Below, piece after piece: positions 1 to 6,338 of a DNA stretch of 26,273 bases (within the stretch, counting starts at the first letter, position 1; each line of letters begins with the position of its first letter). Under the pieces are notes generated by a model that saw only the letters and a list, made by a program, of their open reading frames with translations, was not told the DNA's origin and ran no database searches. The position numbers and the translations under genes were made by a program. The DNA comes from Armatimonadota bacterium (GTDB taxonomy: Bacteria; Armatimonadota; Hebobacteria; CAIYQO01), in contig JBBRXO010000026.1 of assembly GCA_038248345.1 (NCBI GenBank), forward strand, positions 1-26,273, written 5' to 3'.

Positions 1-2
1 CG

Positions 3-539
3 CGCAAGATGGGCATTGAGCTGGAGAAGAAATCCCCGGCGGCGCGCGCCATCCTTGAACGTATGAAGGATGCCGAGAACGCGGGCTACTCCTTCGAGGC
101 GGCGGAAGCTTCCTTTGAAATGCTCATCCGCCGTGAGCTGGGTCTCTTCGTGCCGGAGTTCGAGGTGATCGACTTCCGCGTGCTGGTGGGTGAGCATGTG
201 TGGGGGCCGGGCAAATGCGACGCAGTGGTACGTGTGCGCATCGGCGAAGAGGAAGAGCTGATGGTGGCGGACGGCGATGGTCCGGTACACGCCCTCGACA
301 GCGCCCTGCGCAAAGCCATCGAGCCGCACTTCCCCAAACTACGCGAGATCCACCTCACCGACTTCAAAGTGCGTATCGTAAACGACCGCGCCGGCACCGC
401 CGCCCGCGTGCGTGTATTGGTAGAGAGCAGCGACGGCACCGGCAACATCTGGAACACCGTCGGCGTGCACGAAAACCTGATAGTAGCCAGCCTGGAAGCG
501 CTGACCGACGCGCTGCATTATGGGATTGCGCGGGGGTAG
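3..539 (+). CDS. cimA: Citramalate synthase (LeuA/CimA family), C-terminal allosteric domain; 5' end lies outside the window
   Basis: Frame is open from base 3. Motifs GYSFEAAEASFE, GDGPVHALDSALRKA, LTDFKVRI, GTAARVRVLVES and WNTVGVHENLIVASLEAL are typical of the CimA-type C-terminus. Confidence 0.85.
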   Translation, partial: RKMGIELEKKSPAARAILERMKDAENAGYSFEAAEASFEMLIRRELGLFVPEFEVIDFRVLVGEHVWGPGKCDAVVRVRIGEEEELMVADGDGPVHALDSALRKAIEPHFPKLREIHLTDFKVRIVNDRAGTAARVRVLVESSDGTGNIWNTVGVHENLIVASLEALTDALHYGIARG

Positions 540-565
540 GATAAATTTAACCATTGATAGCACAG

Positions 566-600
566 AGGGCACAGAGAGTAATAATCTCTATGCCCTTTTA
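566..600 (+). terminator. Candidate intrinsic terminator after cimA
   Basis: AGGGCACAGAGA (566-577) / TCTCTATGCCCT (585-596) form a 12-bp stem with one mismatch, followed by TTTATTT. Confidence 0.45.
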
Positions 601-693
601 TTTGCCTGGAAGTGACATCATATTCGTAAACGTCAAACTCTCCCCATCTTATTGAGAGGAAAAAAGCAGATATGTGACTGTTGCCGCGGGTTG

Positions 694-1002
694 ATCGCCC
701 GCGGCAGCAGCCTGGCCGGCCCGCACCGCGACGACCTGCGCCAGTTCGGCTCGCAAGGCGAGCAGCGCACGGCCGCGCTGGCGCTGCGCGTGGCGGAGTT
801 CGAGCTGCAAAACAAGCTGCTAAGCGAACCGCCGCTACTCTTATTGGACGACATCCTCAGCGAGCTGGACCGCACCCGCCGCGCCGCCCTCCTGGCCCCC
901 ATGGCGCAGGTGATAGTCACCACCACCGACGTAGACGCCCTCGGCCTCCCGCCCCACGCGGATGTGCATCAGTATCGGGTCTGCGGGGGTGGGGTGGGGT
1001 AG
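694..1002 (+). pseudogene. recF: Orphan 3' fragment of recF (about 100 codons) with an internal deletion
   Basis: IARGSSLAGPHRDDL-RQFGSQGEQRTAALALRVAE...PLLLLDDILSELDRTRR...QVIVTTT contains the RecF signature and Walker B region. The N-terminal Walker A region is absent, and the roughly 9-10 residues normally between GPHRDDL and FGSQG are missing. Confidence 0.85.
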
Positions 1003-1013
1003 AGTCACCGGAA

Positions 1014-1042
1014 TTGCATATTTCCGCTGTTACTGATAATCT
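1014..1042 (+). promoter_or_regulatory. Sigma70-type promoter, probably giving a leaderless mRNA for the DUF488 cassette
   Basis: TTGCAT (1014-1019), 17-nt spacer, extended -10 TG-a-TAATCT (1034-1042), ATG 6 nt later at 1049, no Shine-Dalgarno. Confidence 0.55.
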
Positions 1043-1048
1043 TAGCAT

Positions 1049-1945
1049 ATGATTTTTGAACGCCAAAAACGATTGCTCGCGTTATTGGACACACTTGGCG
1101 GTGAGATCAGCAACCTGGATTACCAGAAATTGCTCTTTCTCTTCTGTTATCAAGTCGAGGAATCCCCTACCTATGAATTTGTGCCGTACAAGTTCGGTGG
1201 CTTTTCTTTCACCTCGTACGCAGATAAACGCCGTCTGATTGAACAGGGGTTTCTCGTCAATGATGAGCGAATCTGGTGCCTGACTCCGCTGGGGAGAAGC
1301 AATGCTGCTGTCGCCCCGCAAGTTCAGTCAAAGATGGCCGGCTTCGCGCAGCATTACGCTGATTTACGCGGTGACAAGCTGGTGGCAAAGGTATACCGCC
1401 AATATCCGTACCACGCGATAAATAGCGAGATTGCAGCGCGGGTACTGGCGGGCGATCCGGCTCGTTTACAGGCTATTGAGCAGGCACGACCGCAACATCA
1501 TATCCCAGGTATCTGCACGATAGGTTATGAAGGTCGTTCACTGGAAGGCTACCTGAATATACTGATACGCTCCGGTGTATCAATTCTGTGCGATGTGCGA
1601 AAAAATCCACTTAGCCGGAAATATGGATTCTCCAAGGGTACCCTGAGTAATGCCTGCAGTGGAGTCGGAATAATCTATATGCATCTACCCGAGTTGGGCA
1701 TCGCCACTGAAGAACGGCGAAATCTAGTCACGCAGGCGGATTATGACGCCTTGTTTGAAACCTACCGAAGTAACACCCTGCCACAACAGACGGTGGCCTT
1801 AATGAGTATCAAAGAGCTGGTAGCCCACGGTAATTACCTGGCCTTAACATGTTATGAAGCAGACGCACGCCAGTGCCACCGCCAATGCGTCGCTGAAGAA
1901 TTAGAAAAACTGTACGGAACAACATTCATACCGGATCAACTCTGA
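1049..1945 (+). CDS. DUF488-domain protein with an N-terminal winged-helix (Panacea/SocA-like) region
   Basis: The C-terminal half carries DUF488 motifs CTIGYEG, ILCDVRKNPLSRKYGFSK, YMHLPELG and ALTCYEADARQCHR. The N-terminal half has QKLLFL...YEFVPYKFGGFS, resembling the QKLxY...F...YGP pattern of DUF4065-like domains. Confidence 0.85.
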   Translation: MIFERQKRLLALLDTLGGEISNLDYQKLLFLFCYQVEESPTYEFVPYKFGGFSFTSYADKRRLIEQGFLVNDERIWCLTPLGRSNAAVAPQVQSKMAGFAQHYADLRGDKLVAKVYRQYPYHAINSEIAARVLAGDPARLQAIEQARPQHHIPGICTIGYEGRSLEGYLNILIRSGVSILCDVRKNPLSRKYGFSKGTLSNACSGVGIIYMHLPELGIATEERRNLVTQADYDALFETYRSNTLPQQTVALMSIKELVAHGNYLALTCYEADARQCHRQCVAEELEKLYGTTFIPDQL

Positions 1946-1957
1946 ATGGAGTAGAGT

Positions 1958-2797
1958 ATGCCGAAAGAGCGCATTCTTATTACGGTTAAAACATATCCTG
2001 ATTTGTCGGAATCATACGGTGAGACGGTATGCACTGCCGGTATTCGCGAGGATGGATCGTGGGTGCGGATATATCCAGTCCCATTTCGTAGACTAAATGA
2101 AGAGCAGCAGTATAAAAAATTCGACTGGATTGATTGCGAATTAATTAAAAATCGCAAAGACCAGCGGCCCGAATCATATCGCCCAATCAATGAAAATCAA
2201 TTTGATCCAGTTGGTCATATTGGCACCAATAATAACTGGCAGGAACGCCGAAAGCTAGTACTTCAAGCATCGCATGTCTATACATGTAGGCAGACGTTGA
2301 TTGATGCTGCTAAATCGAACACAATGTCACTTGCGATTTTTAAGCCGACACGGATTATTAGATTTTTTTGGAAAGGACAAACTGAGAGAGAATGGGATCC
2401 TTCTAAAATTCATGCCATGCGAAACCCGGCTCAGATTGACTTGTTTGAGGAGGAGCAATGGCGAAAAACATTCCAGATTATTCCCAAGTTACCTTATCGC
2501 TTCTTCTATCAATTTGAAGATGAAAATGGAAAAACAAGTACAATGCAAATATTTGACTGGGAAATCGGCGCACTATATTGGAATTGCTTACGCAATACCA
2601 ATGGGAATGAAATGATTGCCTTGGAAAAAGTTCGCTTGAAGTACGAAGACGAATTTATGCAAAAAGACCTGCACTTCTTCTTGGGTACAACAAAGAAGAA
2701 TCATCGTAAAGCTCCTAATCCATGGACAATCATCGGCGTATTCCCGATACCATATGAACAGCAAATTCCAGAAGAGCAGCAGATCCCCCTGTTCTAA
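1958..2797 (+). CDS. Uncharacterised DUF488-partner protein (possibly dual-OB-fold-like nucleic-acid binder)
   Basis: 279-aa ORF 12 nt after the DUF488 stop, with a GGAG SD. Motifs ILITVKTYP, ETVCTAG, WVRIYPVPFR, DQRPES, DWEIGALY and LHFFLGT. Visibly AT-rich. Confidence 0.75.
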   Translation: MPKERILITVKTYPDLSESYGETVCTAGIREDGSWVRIYPVPFRRLNEEQQYKKFDWIDCELIKNRKDQRPESYRPINENQFDPVGHIGTNNNWQERRKLVLQASHVYTCRQTLIDAAKSNTMSLAIFKPTRIIRFFWKGQTEREWDPSKIHAMRNPAQIDLFEEEQWRKTFQIIPKLPYRFFYQFEDENGKTSTMQIFDWEIGALYWNCLRNTNGNEMIALEKVRLKYEDEFMQKDLHFFLGTTKKNHRKAPNPWTIIGVFPIPYEQQIPEEQQIPLF

Positions 2798-2808
2798 CCC
2801 AAAACACC

Positions 2809-2857
2809 AAAACCCCCGCCCACCGGTTTACACCGGTGGGCGGGGGTTTTATTTTTT
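2809..2857. terminator. Bidirectional intrinsic terminator between convergent genes
   Basis: Perfect 19-bp inverted repeat AAAACCCCCGCCCACCGGT (2809-2827), loop TTAC, ACCGGTGGGCGGGGGTTTT (2832-2850), followed by ATTTTTT. T-runs are present on both strands. Confidence 0.9.
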
Positions 2858-2874
2858 GCTTTCACAAGCGCGGA

Positions 2875-4047
2875 CTATTTGTGGCGGTTGTGTAGTTCCT
2901 GGATCAGGGCACGGCCGATTTCGTCGCGCTGGATCTGGTTGGTGCCTTCGTAGATCTGGGTTATTTTGGCGTCGCGCATGTATTTTTCGATGGGGTATTC
3001 GCGCATGTAGCCGTGGCCGCCGTACACCTGGATGGCGTCGGTGGTCACCTGCATGGCCATATCAGAGGCGAAGCATTTGCTCATGGCGCTGTAGAGCGTG
3101 TAGCGCTGGCCGGGGTTGGCGTCGATGTGGCGGGCGGTGGCGTATACCAGTGCGCGGGAGGCTTCTACCTTCATGGCCATGTCGGCGAGGAAGAAGCGCA
3201 GGCCCTGGAAGCTGCTGACCGGGACGCCGAACTGCTTGCGGTTGTTGGCGAACTCCACTGCCAGGTCAAGCGCACCGGCGGCAATGCCTACCGCCTGGGC
3301 GGCGACACCCGGGCGCGAGAGATCGAAGGTCTTCATGGCGGTGACGAAGCCGGTGCCCTCTTTGCCGAGAAGCTGGTCTTTATGAATGCGGCAATCCTGG
3401 AAGACCAGCTCGCAGGTGGCGCTGGCGCGGATACCGAGTTTATCTTCTTTCTTGCCGAAGGTGAAGCCGGGGGTGCCTTTTTCCACGATGAAAGCGGACA
3501 TACCACGGGCGCCTTTCTCCGGGTTGGTAATGGCGAAGACGGTATATATTTCGGCGACATCGCCGTTGGTAATCCACTGCTTGGTACCATTAAGGATGTA
3601 GTAATCGCCATCTTTCACCGCGCGGGTGGTGAGACCAGCTACGTTGGAGCCGGCAGAGGCTTCGGTGAGACCAAAGGCGGCCAGCTTGCGTCCGCTGGCG
3701 ATCTCCGGCAGATATTTCTCTTTCTGCTCTTCGGAACCGCTGACGATGATGGGGATGGTCCCCAGACCGGTAGCAGCAAAGGCCAGTGAGATACCGCCGC
3801 ACGCCTTGGAGAGCGTCTCGGTCACCAATACCATGTTCATGTAAGGAGTGGAGCCGCCGAGGCCACCGTATTTCTCGTCGATATATACACCGCACAGGTC
3901 AGCGGCACCCATCGCTTTGATGACTTCCCAGGGGAATTCGCCGGTTTCATCGCAATGAGCGGATATCGGGCGAATTTTCTTTTCGGCGATTTCATGCGCG
4001 CAATCGCGGATGAATATCTGTTCTTCGGACAAGCCATAATCGAGCAT
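2875..4047 (-). CDS. Acyl-CoA dehydrogenase (butyryl-CoA dehydrogenase-like)
   Basis: AFGLTEASAGSN, LNGTKQWITNG, KEDKLGIRASAT, RKQFG and GGHGYMREYPIEKYMRDAKITQIYEGTNQIQ (catalytic Glu). SD AGGAG. Confidence 0.95.
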   Translation of the reverse strand: MLDYGLSEEQIFIRDCAHEIAEKKIRPISAHCDETGEFPWEVIKAMGAADLCGVYIDEKYGGLGGSTPYMNMVLVTETLSKACGGISLAFAATGLGTIPIIVSGSEEQKEKYLPEIASGRKLAAFGLTEASAGSNVAGLTTRAVKDGDYYILNGTKQWITNGDVAEIYTVFAITNPEKGARGMSAFIVEKGTPGFTFGKKEDKLGIRASATCELVFQDCRIHKDQLLGKEGTGFVTAMKTFDLSRPGVAAQAVGIAAGALDLAVEFANNRKQFGVPVSSFQGLRFFLADMAMKVEASRALVYATARHIDANPGQRYTLYSAMSKCFASDMAMQVTTDAIQVYGGHGYMREYPIEKYMRDAKITQIYEGTNQIQRDEIGRALIQELHNRHK

Positions 4048-4281
4048 CTAGTTATCTCCTAAAATCGATAGTTCCAGGGTCACAAAATGCCCCGGCCTAA
4101 ACCGATTGATTATACCGGAAATGAAGGTATCACGTCAAAAAAACCGCCGCAGCAACAGGAGTTAATCTATTTTATCAGCCTCTTTATTGTCAGAAGTAGT
4201 GTTTTGCAGCGCTGTTAGTAATACATTTAGTGTATCGAGCGTCTGGTTTGGCTTATGGCGGCATCGTTCATATGATAAACC

Positions 4282-4459
4282 TTGTCTGAACCCGGATTTA
4301 CCTGATTATAAGGATTTTCCTGATAACTTGTGAGAACCCACCAGGAATATCGGTTATTAGCGCCCTTCATGGTGCTTGATCTTATAGCCACCTGCTTTAG
4401 CGCGTGGTGCCTCAATTATCCCTAAATCCTTATTATCCCACAAATCCGGGTTCTGACAA
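4282..4459. repeat. MITE/REP-like element with 36-bp imperfect terminal inverted repeats
   Basis: TTGTCTGAACCCGGATTTACCTGATTATAAGGATTT (4282-4317) matches the reverse complement of 4424-4459 at 30/36 positions. The interior 4358-4409 resembles 18115-18167. Confidence 0.7.
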
Positions 4460-4574
4460 TAATTCATTTCCCGGCAAAGTGGAGAAAATGCCCCAGCCAG
4501 AAGACGCCGGCGATGGCGGCTATGTGGAGCGCCCACCAGAGGGGTTTGAGGAATTTTATCTCGTTCATGTATGC

Positions 4575-5042
4575 TTACCTCCAGAGAAAATGGCCGGCGG
4601 CGTAGACGGCAGCGAGGGCGAACAGGTGGACGTACCAGAAGCCGGTGTTCGGGTAGCGGATGAGCGCCCAACCCTTCACCATGCGAGGGGCGTCGATGTT
4701 GGGGAAAAGCTGCAACTCGAATATCGCCAGCCCGACGTAGAATTTGGCGATGACGATGAGGATATCCGGGTAGATGGGCCGCATCGCCAGCGAGAAGTGC
4801 ATCATGGTGATGACGCCGATGATGCAGGTGAAGCCGTTGAGGATATTGGCCAGGTGCAGCGTCCGGCGGAAATAATAGAGCGCCGGCAACGCCACCATGC
4901 TGAGCAACCCGGAGATATACGGCACATACCCCCAGGGGACCTTGCTCGGGTTGTGAAAGCTGGAGTGCATCATGAACCCACCCGCCGACAACAACACCAG
5001 CGCGAGGATTAACTGCGCTTTGATGGATAATCTTATTGGCAT
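4575..5042 (-). CDS. Small multi-pass membrane protein of unknown function
   Basis: 155 aa, SD GGAGGT before the ATG, about 5 hydrophobic segments, several His residues in or near the helices. Confidence 0.8.
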   Translation of the reverse strand: MPIRLSIKAQLILALVLLSAGGFMMHSSFHNPSKVPWGYVPYISGLLSMVALPALYYFRRTLHLANILNGFTCIIGVITMMHFSLAMRPIYPDILIVIAKFYVGLAIFELQLFPNIDAPRMVKGWALIRYPNTGFWYVHLFALAAVYAAGHFLWR

Positions 5043-5153
5043 GTTTACCTCCGATAGTAAGGAATTATGTAAACATTATACTCGCAGTAATGACAAAACG
5101 GGGTAGATTCTGCACAAAGTTGTGTTGTTTTTATGACAAATATCCCTGGGATT

Positions 5154-5285
5154 GTATCCCGCGCCCGCTGTGGCGCGTTATTGTCAGTAAATACGCGCCC
5201 GCTGTGGCGCGTTATTGTCAGTAAATACGCACCCGCTGTGGCGCGTTATTGTCAGCAAATACGCGCCACGGCGGGCGCGGGCTAC
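5154..5285. repeat. REP doublet whose left arm plus spacer is expanded into three tandem 34-bp units
   Basis: Unit CGCGCCCGCTGTGGCGCGTTATTGTCAGTAAATA occurs at 5160, 5194 and 5228 (third copy has 2 substitutions). The right arm 5262-5285 is the near-exact reverse complement of 5154-5177 and ends in CTAC (GTAG on the minus strand). Confidence 0.85.
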
Positions 5286-5345
5286 AGAGGGATGTTGCCC
5301 AGTCCTGATACCCCGTTCTCGAATGGCGCCCATGAGAACGGGTAT

Positions 5346-5478
5346 AACCACGGAGGCACAAAGACACGAAGAGAGAAATATATTAACACACTGGGCACAG
5401 TGAACACAGAGACGGTCGGGGAATGCGGGTATTCCGCCTGCCCTTTTTCTCTCTTTGTGTTTTTGTGCCTTCGTGGTT
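5346..5478. repeat. Long inverted repeat (33-bp arms)
   Basis: AACCACGGAGGCACAAAGACACGAAGAGAGAAA (5346-5378) pairs with 5446-5478 with 3 mismatches, all G:T on the + strand. Confidence 0.8.
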
Positions 5479-5496
5479 TTCCTCGTTCTATCTTAA

Positions 5497-5520
5497 ATGG
5501 GCGGGACGCCCATGTTACGG
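5497..5520. repeat. REP-like palindrome (copy 1 of the family also at 18189)
   Basis: ATGGGCGGGACGCCCATGTTACGG is nearly identical to 18190-18213. A related piece lies at 5326-5342 and a similar GCAGGCGAGACGCCTGC follows at 5521. Confidence 0.7.
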
Positions 5521-5663
5521 GCAGGCGAGACGCCTGCGCTGCCAGCAATCGATTCCGCCCAATATGTAAGCCTTTTATGCCAGCTGGCAGATATTTGCGC
5601 GTTTGCGTGTGACAAATAATCTATTTTCGCCACATTCTCCGGCGAAATATGCTAAACTAAATC

Positions 5664-6338
5664 ATGCTACCGTACCGTGACAATAATCCGAGCCGGAGTT
5701 TTCCGGTGGTCACTATCACGCTTATACTCATTAATGTGCTGGTCTTCCTCTATATGATCGGCCTGGGTGAGGAGGGGGCGGATGCTTTTACGCAGCAATT
5801 CGCCATGCATTCGCGTGACTTTACGAGTAATATCCCGATTACCCATCATGCGATAACTTCAGTTTTTACCGCTATGTTCCTGCACGCCTCGTGGATGCAC
5901 CTGCTGGGTAATATGCTTTATCTGTGGATTTTTGGCGACAACATCGAGGATTCCATGGGGCCAGTGCGCTTCATCATCTTCTACCTGCTCTGCGGGGTGG
6001 TGGCCGCCGTGGCGCAGATCGTCAGTGCACCCCATGTGGCGATGACGATGCTGGGAGCCAGCGGTGCTATCGCCGGGGTGCTGGGGGCCTACCTGGTGCG
6101 TTTCCCCAAAGCGCAGGTAGATACGTGCCTTTTCATCATCATCTTCTTCACTACTGTTCGCCTGCCCGCCATCCTGGTACTTGGTTTCTGGTTTGTGCTG
6201 CAATTATTTAATGGCACCAACAAGAACGGAGGCGAGGGCGGTGTCGCATATTGGGCACACATAGGTGGGTTTGTTGCCGGTATGATTCTAATATATATAT
6301 TTGCGAAGAAAAGCCAGTCGGAATTAAATGGCTATTAG
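5664..6338 (+). CDS. Rhomboid family intramembrane serine protease
   Basis: AMFLHASWMHLLGNMLYLWIFGDNIED, catalytic GASG, AYWAHIGGF (catalytic His), multiple TM helices. Confidence 0.95.
   Translation: MLPYRDNNPSRSFPVVTITLILINVLVFLYMIGLGEEGADAFTQQFAMHSRDFTSNIPITHHAITSVFTAMFLHASWMHLLGNMLYLWIFGDNIEDSMGPVRFIIFYLLCGVVAAVAQIVSAPHVAMTMLGASGAIAGVLGAYLVRFPKAQVDTCLFIIIFFTTVRLPAILVLGFWFVLQLFNGTNKNGGEGGVAYWAHIGGFVAGMILIYIFAKKSQSELNGY

Noticed and set aside
652..1052. ORFs 652-1002 and 681-1052 as intact genes
   Set aside because: 652-1002 is a recF fragment preceded by non-homologous codons. 681-1052 is an Arg/Pro-rich alternative frame.
3013..3789. 258-aa plus-strand ORF
   Set aside because: Antisense shadow of the acyl-CoA dehydrogenase, as expected from GC-rich codon bias.
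4227..5012. ORFs 4227-4415, 4357-4671 and 4404-5012
   Set aside because: They read through the inverted-repeat element (NPGSD peptides on both strands) or lie antisense to the membrane-protein gene.
5160..5261. 34-bp repeats as a CRISPR array
   Set aside because: The units are directly adjacent with no unique spacers and there are no cas genes. They are explained as an amplified REP arm.
5133..5612. Overlapping ORFs with repeated peptides (PLWRVIVSKYAP)
   Set aside because: These are translations of the tandem and palindromic repeats, with no SD or protein-family features.
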